Shown: piece by piece, positions 12,901 through 26,390 of the stretch | How positions within the stretch are numbered: position 1 is the stretch's first letter | How the letters are laid out: each line of letters begins with the position of its first letter | NCBI RefSeq assembly: GCF_902713615.1 | Contig: NW_024055720.1 | Coordinates: 186,001-250,000 of the forward strand | Direction: 5' to 3' | Source: Scyliorhinus canicula | Lineage: Eukaryota | Length of the DNA stretch: 64,000 bases | Position numbers and translations under genes: made by a program | Notes under the pieces: model-generated | Seen by the model: only the letters and a program-made list of their open reading frames with translations | Database searches by the model: none | Told to the model about the DNA's origin: nothing

Positions 12901-15678
12901 GCTGGGGTGGAGGGGATGTGGCAATTTCTGGATCAGTTGAGGTTCCCGAGGGTGAAGGAGGACCTGGTGGAGGGGCTGGGAGCCCCAATTGAGATTGAGG
13001 AAATAATCAAGGGGCTGGAGGGCATGCAGTCGGGCAAGACCCCGGGGCCGGACGGCTACCCGGTGGATTTCTATAAGATATTTTCAGAGATATTGAGTCC
13101 ACTGCTGGTGAGGACATTTAACAAAGCAAGAGAGAAGGGTGTCCTCCCCCCCCCAACAATGTCGCAGGCCACGATTTCCCTGATCCTGAAATGGGAGAAG
13201 GAGCCGGACCAATGCGGATCATACAGGCTGATTTCTCTACTGAATGTGGATGCCAAACTGCTGGCTAAGATACTGGCCACAAGGATAGAGGAATGTGTCC
13301 CGGGGATGATAGGGGAAGACCAGACGGGATTTGTTAAGGGCAGGCAACGCAAGGCCAATGTTCACAGGCTTCTAAATGTTATTATGATGACCTCAGAAGG
13401 AGAGGAGGCGGAGGTGGTGGTAGCGATGAATGCGGAGAAGGCTTTTGATCGGGTGGAGTGGAATTACCTGTGGGAGGCGCTGGGAAGGTTTGGGGTCGGT
13501 GAGGGCTTTATTGACTGGGTGCAGCTGCTCTATCAGGCACCAGTAGCGAGAGTGCGTATGAACCGGCTGAGGTCGGGATATTTTGAACGACACTGAGGGA
13601 CGAGGCAAGGCTGCCCCCTCTCCCCGTTACTGTTTGCTCTGGCCACAGAGCCATTGGCCATGGCGTTAAGAGCCTCGAGGAACTGGAAAGGGCTGGTTCG
13701 GGGGGGGGGGGGTGGAGCATAGAGTCTTGCTCTGTACAGATGACCAGCTCTTGTATATTTTGGACCCGTTGGAGGGGATCGGGGGAAGTAATGCAAATTT
13801 TGGGGGAATTTAGCAATTTGTCGGAGCATAAAATTGAACATTTGGAAAAGCAAGTTGTTTGTAATCCAGGCAAGAGGATAGGGGACTGAGAGACCTGCTG
13901 CTTAGAATGGTAGGGAAGTGCTTTTGATATCTGGGAATCCAGGTGGCCTGGAAATGAGAGGTCCAACACAGGTTAAACCTATCCCGGTTGGTAGAACACA
14001 CAGAAGGGGACTTTAAGAGATGGGACATGCTCCCGCTATCATCGGGTGGGTACAGACCATGAAAATGATGGTCCTCCCCAGATTTCTGTTGTCTTTCAGT
14101 GCCTCCCCATCTTCATCCCTAAGGCCTTTTTCAAGCGGGTGAGTAAGATTATTTTGGGCTTTGTGTGGGCGGGTAAAACCCCGCGAGTGAAGAAAGTGTT
14201 GTTGGAACGCAGTCGGGGGGAGGGTGGGTTGGCGCTGCCGAGCCTCTGCAATTACTCCTGGGCGGCTAATTTACCCACAATTTGGAAATGGGTAGTGGGG
14301 AGGGGTCGGCATGGGAGAGGATGGAGGCGGCGTCATGTAAAGACATCAGTTTGGGAGCATTGGTAAGGGCATCTCTGCCGTTTTTGCCGTCCCGATACTC
14401 CACAAGTCCTGTGGTAGTGGCAGTTCTGAGGATCTGGTGACAATGGAGGAGATATAAGAGTGGAGGGAGCATCGATTTGGACCCCGATTTGTAATAACCA
14501 CAGATTTGTACTGGTTCGGCTCGATGGCGGGTTCCGGAGTTGGCAGAGGTTTGTACTGGTTCAGCTCGATGGCTGGTTCCGGAGTTGGCAGAGGTTTGTA
14601 CTGGTTCGGCTCGATGGCGGGTTCTGGAGTTGGCAGATGGCAGCAATTGGAAGGATGGGGGATCTATTTATAGACGGGAGCTTTCCCAGCTTGAAAGCTT
14701 TGGAGGATATTGCCAGCAGGGAACGGTTTTAGGTATTTGCAGGTGCGGGACTTCCTGAGAAAACAGGTTCTGGCCTTTCCGCTGCGGCCACCACAGAGAA
14801 TACAGGATAGAGTAGTTTCCAGTACCTGGGTGGGAGAGGGGAAGGTATCGGATATTTACCAGGAGCTTTCGGAGGCGGAGGAAACTCCGGTGGAGGAACG
14901 CAAGGGCAAGTGGGAGGATGAGGTAGGAGAAGAGATAGAGGCGGGGATATGGGCGGCTGCCCCAAGCAGGGTTAATACCTCCTCATCGTGCGCCAGGCTT
15001 TGCCTGATACAATTTAAGGTAGTCCACCGGGAGCACATGACAGCAGCTAAGATGAGTATGTTTTTCGAGGTAGAGGATAGGTGTGTGAGGTGCGCAGGAA
15101 GCCCAGCCAATCATGTTCACATGTTTTGGGCATGCCCGAAGCTTAGAGGGTTTTGGCAGGATTTTGCTGAGGCAATGTCCACGGTACTAAAAAGACAGGT
15201 GGTGCCCAGTCCGGAGGTAGCAATCTTTGGAGTGTCGGAAGATCCGGGAGTTCAGGGGGCATAAGAGGCCGACGTCTCGGCCTTTGCCTCCCTGGTAGCC
15301 CGGTGACGGATCTTGTTAATGTGGAGGGACTCGAAGCCCCCACATGTAGAGACCTGGGTTAGTGACATGGCTGGGTTTCTCAGTCTCGAGAAAATAAAGT
15401 TTACCTTAAGAGGATCAATGTTGGGGTTCTCCCGGCAGTGGCAGCCGTTCATTGACTTTCTCGGGGAAAATTTAAATGTCAGCAGATGCAGTATTCCAAG
15501 GGGGGGCGGGGACGGGACGGACGGAGGATTGTTGTTGTATGGTTGAGGTGCGTGAAGATTGGGCTGGGGAGGGGGGGGGGGGGGGATTGTTTATTTTGCC
15601 ATGTTAATGTCATTGTTTATGCTACTGTTTTAAACATTTTCAAATACCTTAATAAAATATTTTTAAAAACCAAAAAAC
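9983..15678 (+). mobile_element. Near full-length, decayed L1-clade (L1/Tx1-like) LINE
   Basis: ORF1 from ATG 10209 includes LEDLENRSRRQNLRIVGLPEG. ORF2 shows endonuclease LITWNVRGLNG (about 11641), RT motifs GKTPGPDG, SYRLISLLNVDAKLLAKIL, NAEKAFDRVEW and [13 protein letters not shown], and a C-terminal C-x2-C...H-x4-C (CVRC...NHVHMFWAC). The 3' end has AATAAA and an A-rich tail. Many stops and frameshifts. Confidence 0.92.
14504..14638 (+). repeat. In-frame triplication of a 45-bp unit inside L1 ORF2
   Basis: gtttgtactggttcggctcgatggcgggttccggagttggcagag x3, translating as FVLVRLDGGFRSWQR x3. Confidence 0.9.
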
Positions 15679-16169
15679 ACCTGTCAAGCAGAATAAGATG
15701 TTTCAAAGACTGGGAGCTCGCATTAGCTACAGTCGGCAAGGGACAGTTACATTTCAATAACGGTCATATAGAAACTAAGGCTGAGCAAAGGGCTATACAA
15801 ACCCTAATAATTCAGCAGCCAGTAGAGTCAGCTCTCATAGCTGCCCTCGGTACATGGGACGGATAGAACACAGAAACCGAGCAGAACAGCGAATCCATCA
15901 GGAGAAAACCAAAAGTTAAAGAAGAAAGATTGTCAAGGCAGACCTGAAGGTCTAACAACTGACCAGGAGGATCCAAAGAAAATATATTTTTTACCTTTAT
16001 GTAAAAACAGTGATTTTATCTTTTAAAAGAAAAAATAATAAAATAACTCAAAAGTTGTAACCTGAAACAGTGAATATTACAAAGTCTACTTTACTTACTT
16101 AGCAACGCGGGACCCAGGATCGAAGCTACTAAGTGGCAAGTAGATCAGGTTTTTTTGCCCACTCACTTA

Positions 16170-18140
16170 ACCTATTTGTAGTCCTTTGCAGAATCCTTAA
16201 TTCCACTTCAGAAATTACTGTCCTACCCGTCTTGAGGCATCAGAAAACTTAGCCGCCAGACATTCAATCCCATCATCCAACACATACAGATTGTAAATGG
16301 TTCCGAGCCCAGCACTGATCTGGGTGACATTCCACTTGTCACATCTTACCCACCCCGAAATGACCCATTTATTCCGACTGGCTGCTTCCTGTTCGCTAAC
16401 CAGTCCTCTATCCATGCTGATATGTTGATTCCACACCATGAGCTCATATTTTGTATATTAACCTTTGATGTGGCACCTTGGGAAATCCTTTCTGGAAATC
16501 CAGATAAAGCACATCTACAGGTTCCCCTTTATTGACATCCCTTGTTACCTCCTCAGAGAACCTTGATAAATTAGTCAATCACGATTGACTCCCTGAACCC
16601 CATTTTCAAACACTGTGTTAAAAGAAAAATCAAATCTCCTCTACCCCTCTGGCTCCTTTGCCAATTACCTTAGAGCAACTCACTTTCTGTTAAAGAGCCT
16701 GTCAACCTCTCACCCACTTTCCTGAAAGTGAACAAATTAATCAGGAAAAGTCCAACAAAGTCAAATATTTTCCTGTCACAAGTTTATTGATGAAATAGAA
16801 CATGGTTTAAAAAAACTAACAGATAATTACTTGAGGATCAAAGACAACCAGAGTAACAGGATGTTCACAATGTTCTGGGTCCCAAATGGTTTCCCCTCGG
16901 CTCCTCTGTACCCTGTTCCCGTGACTGCCCACCTTGGACACGGGGGGGGGGGCTCTGAACCCTAGGGGTCACATCACCATCAGCCCTGGTCACCCCCCTC
17001 GCCCCTGAACCCTGATTGGTTGGATGTCCAGTTCCCAGTCAGTCCTCCAGCACCTTCCTGTCTCTATTAGCGACGCCCATGGCAGTTTCCCAACTGGGGA
17101 CAGGCCGTTATTCTCAGCTAAATTCAGCCCTCAGCTCCATCACCTGGCTGTCAGTGACACGAGCAATAGAGACAGAAAGGTGCCCGAGGATCAAATAGGA
17201 AGTCAAAACTTGTGGATTAGGATCTCCATAAAGGTCAGCAATGTCTTCAAAAAAATCAAATTCCCAGTCAACAAATTAAAGGATCACACAGCGGGACTTC
17301 AAATCTTATGATTTTAATGCAACAAACAAACGAGAAGCTACTTTAACTCGGAAACCTACATATTAAACTATAAACTAGAACTTTGCCCTTTTGCACAATC
17401 TAAAGTCACACTCCACGATTAGAGTTACTCTGCCCTATAAGTCGAAACTTAATTGTCTCAGAACCTGTCCAAAGTGATGATTCATTCCCAAGGATTTATG
17501 TCCGTTCTTCGACCAAGACACCGAGGAAAAAAAGGGAGAATAGAATAGAATGTGAACGAGCAAAATACATAAAAATGGACTGCAAAAGTTTCTATGGCTA
17601 CGTAAAAAGGAAACGTTTGGCTCAGTCAAAAGTTTTGTCTGTTACAGATGGAGTCAGGAGAATTTAGAATGAGGAATAGAGATCTCTACAGCCACCTCGT
17701 TCAACACTCTGGGATGCAGATCACCAGCTTTTGGGGATTTATTCACTTCCAGCCCCATTAATGTCTCCAGTACTACTTTTTCACCAATACTAATCTCTGC
17801 CAGTTCCTTGGTTCTCTGGTGTTTTGGGGACAATTTCTGTATCTTCCTCCGTGAAAACAGACACACATTGTTTAGTTTCTCTGCCATTTCCTTACTCCCC
17901 ATTATAAACTCTCCTGTCTCTGCCTGGAATGGACCCACATTGGTCTTTGCTAATCTTTTCTTTTTCACATTCCTGTCAAAGCTTTTCCAGTCGGTTTTTA
18001 TGTTTCTCCCCAGTTTGCTCTCATCAGTTTCGGTCCTCCTTTGCTGAATTTTAATGGATGTCACGGAATCTTTTAACTTTTCTTGTTAGCCATGGTTACA
18101 TCATTTTTCCTGTTAGATTTTTGTTCCTTAAAGGAATCTA
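16170..18140 (-). mobile_element. CR1 LINE fragments (about 16170-16590 and 17430-18140) separated by an unclassified ~0.8-kb insert
   Basis: Minus-strand translations such as LDDGIECLAAKFSDA and WKSFDRNVKKKRLAKTNVGP...KEMAEKLN are CR1 ORF2-like. Confidence 0.7.
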
Positions 18141-18873
18141 TATTTGTTGTATATATGTGAAATAAAAGTTGCAAAAATCCCAGAGGACAATAGGCTGCTC
18201 TCCCCTTTGACAGAGAGAGAGCTGACTGGGGGTAATTTAACCCGAGGGTCAGCACACCTCAGGCGAGGGGCCTGGTTGAGAAGGGGGGGGGCCTTCGTGA
18301 ATAAACTCAGCCAGTACGGGAGTTGAATCCTCACTGTTGGCCTCGCTCTGCATCACGAACCAGCCGTCCAGCCAACTGAGCTAACTGACCCCCTGATAAA
18401 TATGTAATAATTCCTTAAATATTAGGTATTCCCTGTACCAATTATTTTCCCCTCATACACTGATAGTTTTCTTCTGTGAGGACATCCAGATAAATTAAAC
18501 AAAGGAACCATGTAACCACCAGGGCCCATCTCCATGGCAACGTGGCTGTGCGGGGGGGGGGGGGTTCCAAACAGAAATGGAAACAAAATATTTCCACAAT
18601 TCCAAACACCCTTTCACTCTGAGATCCTTGTGCAATTTGAAGCCAGGTATCAGCGACAAGGCTCAAAGAGAATCAGCCCACTGGAGGCAAAGTGGTGAGA
18701 CCGGCCAGTCCAGCAGAAAGAAACCCTTCGACCATCCCCACTGACCACCTGTCAGAATGAACAAAATGCAGTCCTGGCTGTAGAGCAGAAACAATAACAG
18801 CAGAATCCAACCCCTGTAATCAATTGTGAAATTGTTGGTGTCACAGCAGGTGTGGTGCAACATGCAATCCCGT

Positions 18874-19659
18874 CTAACATTGAGATGTGAACGGTCTCTC
18901 CCCAGTGTGAACTCGCTGATGTCTCCGCAGGGTGGATAACTGAGTAAATCCTTTCCCACACTGAGAGCAGGTGAATGGCCTCTCCCCAGTGTGAACTCGC
19001 TGGTGTGTCTGCAGGTGAGTTAACTGACTGAATCCCTTCCCACACTGAGAGCAGGTGAAAGGCCTCTCCCCAGAGTGAACTCGCTGGTGTGTCTGCAGGG
19101 TGGATAACTGAGTAAATCCTTTCCCACACTTGGAGCAGGTGAATGGCCTCTCCCCAGTGTGAACTCGCTGGTGGCTCCGCAGGTGGGAAATGTGAGTAAA
19201 TCCTTTCCCACACTGAGAGCAGGTGAATGGCCTCTCCCCAGTATGAACTCGCTGATGTGTCTGCAGGTTGAATAAATTACTGAATCCCTTCCCACATTGA
19301 GAGCAGGTGAACGGTCTCTCCCCAGTGTGAACTCGCTGGTGTGACTGCAGGTTGGATAACTGAGTGAACCCCTTCCCACACTGGGAGCAGGTGAACACCC
19401 TCTCCCCAGTGTGAACTCGCTGATGCTTCCACAGGCCGGATGAATCACCGAATCCCTTCCCACACTGAGAGCAGGTGAATGGCCTCTCCCCGGTGTGAAC
19501 TCGCTGGTGTGTCTGCAGGCTGGATAACTGAGTGAATCCCTTCCCACACCGAGAGCAGGTGAACGGCCTCTCGCCAGTGTGACTGCGTATATGAATCTCC
19601 ACCTGAGATGGGGCTTGGAATCCCTTCCCACAGTCCTCACATTTCCACGGTTTCTCCAT
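18874..19659 (-). CDS. C2H2 zinc-finger protein, 261 aa, 9 tandem fingers
   Basis: Open ORF with nine fingers and TGERPF linkers. Degenerate finger-like sequence lies upstream (19680-19900), with a candidate acceptor ttttacag near 20020. Confidence 0.9.
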   Translation of the reverse strand: MEKPWKCEDCGKGFQAPSQVEIHIRSHTGERPFTCSRCGKGFTQLSSLQTHQRVHTGERPFTCSQCGKGFGDSSGLWKHQRVHTGERVFTCSQCGKGFTQLSNLQSHQRVHTGERPFTCSQCGKGFSNLFNLQTHQRVHTGERPFTCSQCGKGFTHISHLRSHQRVHTGERPFTCSKCGKGFTQLSTLQTHQRVHSGERPFTCSQCGKGFSQLTHLQTHQRVHTGERPFTCSQCGKGFTQLSTLRRHQRVHTGERPFTSQC

Positions 19660-20719
19660 GTTTTGGGCCTCCTCGTGTCTCTCTAGACTGGATGATCAGT
19701 TGAAGCCTCATCCACACACACAACACGAGTACGGTCTTTACACGCTGTGAATAGTGTGATGTTTTTTTAGGCTGTGTAACTGGTTAAAGCTCTTTCCACA
19801 GTCAGTTCATTGGAACACTCTCACTCGGGTGTGTGTTGTGTGGGTCTCGGTGCTTTTCCAGTCACACTGATGTTTGAAATCTTTAGCTGACAGTTCCGGT
19901 AAACATTTCATTTCTTGATTCAAAGGCCGATGATATTCAGGTTCTAAGGAATCGAGTGACTATCAGGTCGAGACGTGTCTTTTGAGATTTCTGTCTGTAA
20001 TTCCTCCTTGTCTAATATCCTGTAAAAACAATTTACAAAATTCAACACTGTCAGTACAGGGTAGAAACAGACAATTCTAGTTTCTATGTCACATTTTTTT
20101 CTCTCTCTTATTCCCCGAAAGCTGCAAATTTCCATCCCACACACTCTCCCTCCATTCTCACTCTGCTGTATCTAATATTCACCCTCCCAATTCTCCTGAA
20201 GGTGCTGATTAATGTTGATTGACAGATCCAAACTCACAGCTTCCTGTCCAGGAGATCAGAACAAATATGAGCTGCAGTCAGCCATTCGGCCCATCAAACC
20301 TGAACCATTCAATGAGATCATTAGCCGATCTACCTCATCACCATTTTCCCACGCTAGCTTCATGTCCCTTGACCTCTTGAATATCTAGAAACCTATCAGT
20401 CTGTGGCTTGAAAATACTCGATGACTGAAGCTCTAGAATCCTCGGAGGTAGAGAATTCCAAACCTTCACCACATCCTCGAATAAAGAAATCCCATCTCAT
20501 CTCAGCTTTCTCTCCATTTACCTGCCAGTTCCCCATAACCCTCCACAACCTCAATCAGAAATCTGTCTGTGGCTGTGGGGTGGGGGGGGGGGGGGGGTGT
20601 CAGGCATGTGATATGGGTGGGGGAGTAGCTGCCTTACCACAGGTTCTGGTGCCACTAAATTATAATCTGACAGTCATCCTGATTGCCTGGCACTCATCTA
20701 CCTAATCCTTGCATTAATA

Positions 20720-21760
20720 TTTGTTATCGTGTCCCTGGAAGACTCGGGGTTTGGTCTGGTAGGATTATGCTGGAAAAAGTGAAGAAATCTTCGATAAACA
20801 GCGCAGGTGGATTCAGCGGGGATGGAGCCGCCTTTTCAACATGGCTGCCTCACCCTCAGGAGGTCTCTCGACCCCCCGCTCTCCGGGGCTCTGGGAGGCG
20901 GCGAAAATGATGACTGCCGACATTATCCGTGGTTTTGACCAGAGGCTGAGTGTGCTGACTCAATATCTGTGAACTCATGCGGCCCAGTTGCAAAACACCA
21001 TGAAGAGGCTCGATGATCCGGTGGAGAGAATCCTGAACATTCAGCAAGATGCCTCCGTATTCAATCCTTTGAAAACCAGCCAAGGAGGTGCTGGAGGACT
21101 TGGAAGACCGAGGGTCGGAGAAAGAACATCCGAGCCATTGGCCTGTCGGATGGTCATCATAGAATTTACAGTGCAGGAGATCACTCGGCCCATTAAGTCT
21201 ACGCCTTGGAAACAGCACACCACCCAAGCCCATAACCCATCCCCGTATCACAGTGACCCCACCTAACCTTTTATTTGGGCACTAAGGGAAACTTATCATG
21301 GCCAATCTACCTAACCTGCACATCTTTGATCTCTGGGAGGAAACCGGGTAAATCTACGCAGACACGGGGAGAACGTGCAGATTCCAGAGAGACAGTGACC
21401 CAAGCCAGGAATCAAACCTGGGACCCTGGAGCATTGAAGCAACTGTGCTAACCACTGTGCTACCGTGCTGCCCATAAATAGTTTTCATCCCAGGCCTGTA
21501 ATAATTCGCTTCCACAACTTGAAAGTATGTCCTGGAGAGAGAACAGCGAGGTGGCACCTGGCTCCAGGAAGGAGTGAGGATTTACTTCTTCAAGGACTTT
21601 TCGGCAGCAACACAAACAAAACATCGAGGCTTCGATGAAGTTCAAAGCCTGTGTGGAGCGAATTACATCAGGCTTTATCCTGAGACCCGAAAAATGGTAT
21701 CCAACAACTCCGTCAAGTCTTTCAATAATCCAACTATTGCCTTGACCTTCATTCAATCCA
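20720..21760 (+). mobile_element. Degenerate L1-type ORF1 relic interrupted by a SINE
   Basis: ctggaggacttggaagaccgagggtcggagaaagaacatccg resembles LEDLEDR-RRKNIR. RIYFFKDFSAATQTKHRGFDEV...LYP resembles an L1 ORF1 C-terminus. Confidence 0.6.
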
Positions 21761-21869
21761 TGAAGGGCCAGGATCTGGAGGGATGGTTTACAGCTCTGAC
21801 TAACTCAGGTTCTAATCCAGACTCTTTCCCTGTCATGGTGTTGTCTGAATTTCAGAATCACAGAAATAT

Positions 21870-22300
21870 ACATAGGGACAGGAATAAGCCATTCAGCCCC
21901 TCGAGTCTGTCCTGTCATTTAGTGGGATCAGACTGATCTGTGACCTAACCCCATATCCATTAATACCTTTGCTCAACAAAACTCAGATTTAAACTTAACA
22001 ACTGTTCCAGCTTCACCTGCTGTTTGTGGGAGAGAGTTCCAACCCTCTCCCACCCTGTGTGTGAAGAAGTTCTTCCTAACATCTCTCCTGAACGGTCCAG
22101 CCCTGATTTTTAGACAATGATCCCTAGTTTTAGCATCTCCAACCAGTGGAAATAGGTGATCTTTATCGGCACTGTCTTTCCCTGTTAATATCTTAAATAC
22201 TTCAATTAGATCCCACCTTAAATATCCAAATTCTAGCAAAAACAGGCCTAATTTGTGGTTAAAACTTTGGGTCAGAGCCACTGCAATCTCTCCCTCACAT
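21870..22300 (-). mobile_element. CR1 LINE 3' fragment
   Basis: Translation DLIEVFKIL...LFPLVGDAKTRDHCLKIR...FFTHRVGEGWNSLP. Confidence 0.8.
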
Positions 22301-23039
22301 CCCACAGCATCCTGGGACACAATACATCCAGAGCTAGTAATCTAATAATCTTATGGGTGGCACGGTAGCACAGCGGGTAGCACTGTTGCTTCACAGCACC
22401 AGGGGCCTGGGTTCGATTTTGTGCTTGGTTCACTGTCTGTGGGGAGTCTGTATGTTCTCTCTGTGTCTGCGTGGGGTTTTTCCGGGTGCTCCGGTTTCCA
22501 CCCACAAGTCCCGAAAGATGAGCTTGTTAGGTGAATTGGACATTCTGAATTCTCACTCTGTGTACCCGAACAGGCGCCTGAGTGTGGCGACTGGAGGATT
22601 TTCATCGTAACGTCATTGCAGTGTTAATGTAAGCCTACTTGTGATACTAATAAAGATTATTATGAATGGGCCAAAGAGCCTCTATCCGTGCTGTAAAGAG
22701 GGGGAATGAATGAGAAGGACTTTACAGAGAAACTGCCAAAGCCACAACATTCACCAGCTCTAAAGACTCACCTTAGCTCCCTTTCCAATCTGAAAGCAGC
22801 CTGAGCTGGATTTACATTCCCCTTAATTCATCATTGCTGGGTGATAATCCTGTACTTCCTTACCTCACACCACTGTGACAGCACCTTCACTACACAGACT
22901 GCAGCAACTGACCAAACATCACCTTCCCAGTTATTCCTGAAGACACCGCCTTCCCAACCTGGCCCCTTGCCTGAGGTGTGGTGATCCTCAGGTCACATCA
23001 CCACCGGTCAGCTCTCTGACCCGGGACCAGGCCCTGCTT

Positions 23040-23110
23040 CACAGCCGCCATCCTGGGGAAGCAGAGCGCATGCGCTGGCGTCTTGGGACGCAACAACTGG
23101 TGGGCGGAAC
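23040..23110 (-). promoter_or_regulatory. Candidate promoter of the minus-strand ZNF gene
   Basis: Palindromic NRF1-type GCGCATGCGC (23066-23075) next to a YY1-like GGATGGCGGC (minus strand, 23044-23053) in a locally CpG-rich patch, about 3.4 kb upstream of the ZNF ORF. Confidence 0.45.
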
Positions 23111-23676
23111 CTGAAGGTTTCTGTTCCCAGCCGGGTCCTAGCGCCCCAAGATCGCATATATTGTAACAGGTTTTTTAAATGTTTCACCCACTCCCAGGCT
23201 GAAGCTGATGTTTGCAGCCTGGAGGTGTCTGTGGATCACGTATACATTTAGTGTGAGAGGCTGCAGCCTCTATATAGCTACCTGAAGGGGGTTATACAAC
23301 GGTTGATTACATTTCGTGGACCTTTCCTGTCCATTATCAGGATGTTTGTGTGATATTTCCTGACCCTCAGCGTGATATTTCTTTATTTAAAATACAGTTC
23401 AGCAGCAGGCTTACTGGTGATTTTTAAAGGAATAAAGGTTATTTATTTTTTACAATCTCCCCTGGATGTTTGAGCATCCCAGTCTCTCGGCTCTTTCACT
23501 CACTGACATAGACAGAAATTAGATACAGATCAAGTTGAAGCTGTGATGATGAAAATGGAATGTAGACTGCAATCTTTATATCGCTGCAGGTCTGACGTCT
23601 TCTTATTGAGCTGATCCTTTAGTTGGAGTGAAGCGTTTTTAAAAACAAATAATTCTCATGAGTCTCTGAATCTCCT

Positions 23677-24110
23677 TATAAGACCATAAGGCAGAGGAGC
23701 AGAATGAGGCCATTTGGCCCATCGAGTCTGCTCCGCCATTCAATCGTGGTTGATATTTTTTCATCCCCACTCCCCTGCCTTCTCCCCATAACCCGTGATC
23801 CCCTTATTAATAAAGAACCCACCTATCTCTGTCTTAAAGACACTCAGTGAATTGGCCTCCACAGCCATCTGCGGCAAAGTGTTCCACAGATTCACCATCC
23901 TCTGGCTGAAGAAATTCTTCCTCATCTCTGTTTTAAAGGATCGTCCCTTTAGTCTGAGATGGTGTCCTCTGGTTCTAGTTTTTGCTGCAAGTGGAAACAT
24001 CCTCTTCATGTCCACTCTATCCAGGCCTCGCAGTATCTTGTAAGTTTCAATAAGATCCCCTATCATTCTTCTAAATCCCAACGAGTACAGACCCAAAGTC
24101 CTCACACGTT
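23677..24110 (-). mobile_element. CR1 LINE 3' fragment
   Basis: Translation DLIETYKILRGLDRVD...TRGHHLRLKG...FFSQRMVNLWNTLP. Confidence 0.85.
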
Positions 24111-25269
24111 CTTGTAGATGAAGAGCCAGGAGGTTGGGTCTGAGGTGGGCTTGGAAGCTGGAATAAGTTCAGTCCTGTGGCTGCACTGGGAGACTTTCAG
24201 CTCTGCTGGTTCAGCTGGTTCCTGGTGCTTCTCACACACACATTTGCTTTGTTCAGAGCTTATTATACTGCATCCCTGACAATTAACTGCAGGGTTAAAA
24301 CTCTGGGGCCCAGAACACCCCGATACAATAGCAGTTTACGATGCTCACTCACGCTTATCTCTGTCCCAATTCAAGGTCATTCTCCTGTGTTCAATACGGC
24401 ACTTGGAGACCAACAGTCCCGAGATTTCATATTCCTCAAATGCTGGTTCATCCTGACACAACGACACATTTAAACTTCACAGGTGGCTGCAAAGTTTCCT
24501 TATTCAGGTCCGTGTTTAACTAAATATTGGTCACAGCATCGAATATTGCCCACAGTTTAATGTCCACAGTAACCTGTTAAGTTGCAGCCACTTTGGCAGA
24601 GTTTGTGGATCTGACAGTATACTATCTAATATTCTTGTGCTGAGCGTGAATCTACTTTGAGTCTGGTTAAAACAGTGCATTGTAGCTGGGTGGGGTAGGG
24701 TAGCACTGTTGCTTCACAGTTTCAGGGTCCCAGATTCGATGCCCAGCTTGGGTCACTGTCTGTGTGGAGTCTGCACGTTCTCCCCGTGGGTTTCCTCCGG
24801 GTGCTCCGGTTTGCTCCCACAAGTCCCGAAAGACGTGCTGTGAATTGAACATTCTGAATGCTCCCTCTGTAACCCAACCATGCGCCGGAGTGTGGTGACG
24901 AGGGGCTTTTCACAGTAACTTCATTGCATTGTTAATGTAAGCCTACTTGTGACAATAAAGATTATTATTATTATTATGGAGGGGGTGGGCGGTTACTCTG
25001 GCTGCCGACTTCTGTTCTGTGGTCTTGTCTATTCCCAGTGGTCTTGCAGAGGGAGCATGTGGCATCCACCGGAATGCGTGACACCTTCCACACCCAGTGG
25101 ATACCTCAGCGGACAGAGTGTTTCAGAGACACTGGGGACAATATTCTGGTTCAAAACTTCTTTTTCAGGCATTAGAACGGGAGATTTGGCAGCTGGGCAA
25201 CTCGAACCAAATATAACATTAAGATCTGACTCAATTCATTAGGACCTACATATCACAAACTGTCAATGT

Positions 25270-25415
25270 GTTTGTCTGTTCTGACTGTGGGAAGAGATTT
25301 CAAACATCAGTGTGACTGGAAAAGCCCCGAGACCCACACAAACCTGAGTGGGTGTTCCAGTGAACTGACTGTGGAAAGAGCTTTAACCAGTTACACAGCC
25401 TGAAAAATCATCTTG
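25270..25415 (+). pseudogene. Relic of a ZNF-gene exon 5' region
   Basis: agatttcaaacatcagtgtgactggaaaagc...tgactgtggaaagagctttaaccagttacacagc closely matches the reverse complement of 19771-19885, upstream of the second ZNF ORF. Confidence 0.65.
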
Positions 25416-26243
25416 TTTCCACTTGTGGGAGAGTCTGAGACCAGAGGGCTTAATCTCAGAGTAAGGGATCTCAAATTTAGGACCGAGGTGAGGAGACATT
25501 TCTTCCATCAGAGGGGAGTGAATCTGTGGAATTCTTCAGCTGTGCAATCATTCTGTCTCTGGAGTTTACCGGAAAAAGGCAAAGGTGAAGGTGTCGTAAC
25601 CCGGATGGGCCGCTTGGTGGCGCAGCGGCTCTTTAACTGAGGGGCCTTGAGTTCAGACACATCCCAGACAGGACTGGTGAGAAATATCTGTCTGGGAAAG
25701 GGGAGAAAACTGTGTAATCGGGGAAAAGGATCAGTGCCGATGGACCTTAGAGAAAGGAGTTCAGATTAGACTTGTTTTCTTCTTTTTTCATTCAATATTT
25801 ATTAAAATTTCAGAGACAATATTACACAAAAGCTTATTTTGATGTTTACAAAAGGGAACATAGCGATTGAGGGTGACACTGATAACAGAACACATGCCCT
25901 CTGAGCTGCCAAATGTATGTACAACTGTAACAGACACAAGAGAGAACAGGAGCTCAACATAAAGGGAAGGCAACTGTTGTAAATAAGGCACGAGATAAGT
26001 TACTTATTTAGACATGACATTGAGAGAAATTACTAGCTACAATTACATTACAGCCAAAATTATCTCGTACATTTTAAACTGAAAAGCAGAAATACTGTCC
26101 ATGATTGTCTCAGTTACCGATGCAGAATAATAAACTGAGATAATTTTACTGTGAGAGTCACCAAGAGGAGATATTGTATTTGTGTCACACACAGATCATA
26201 ATAAACAGCTGAGGGAAATCTACAGCGTCCGAACGTCAACCGA

Positions 26244-26252
26244 TCACTTGAT
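26244..26252 (-). CDS. IGHM: IgM membrane exon TM2 (coding IK*, giving a KIK cytoplasmic tail)
   Basis: Acceptor ttttctctctcttttacag|ATC AAG TGA, downstream of TM1. Candidate AATAAA at 25798-25803. Confidence 0.8.
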   Translation of the reverse strand: MK

Positions 26253-26390
26253 CTGTAAAAGAGAGAGAAAATGATGAAGCAGATGTTTATGATCTGGGAC
26301 ATTGATGTTAGAGTTTTTAATCAATCAAACATTTCGAGATGTTTTAAACGGCCTCTCAGTTTGAAGTGTGAGTGGATTGAATCTTCTCAC

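Noticed and set aside
9357-16140. Solo-LTR-like sequence flanking the L1, and an L1 target-site duplication
   Set aside because: I found no convincing TG...CA termini or TSD, so the flanks were left unclassified.
16587-17413. 0.8-kb insert in CR1 flanked by cacgatt direct repeats
   Set aside because: The termini do not match LTR or TIR patterns, and the 7-bp repeat may be chance.
18752-19640. Alternative-frame ORFs overlapping the ZNF genes (also 1993-2391 and 2012-2332)
   Set aside because: Shadow frames of repetitive zinc-finger codons.
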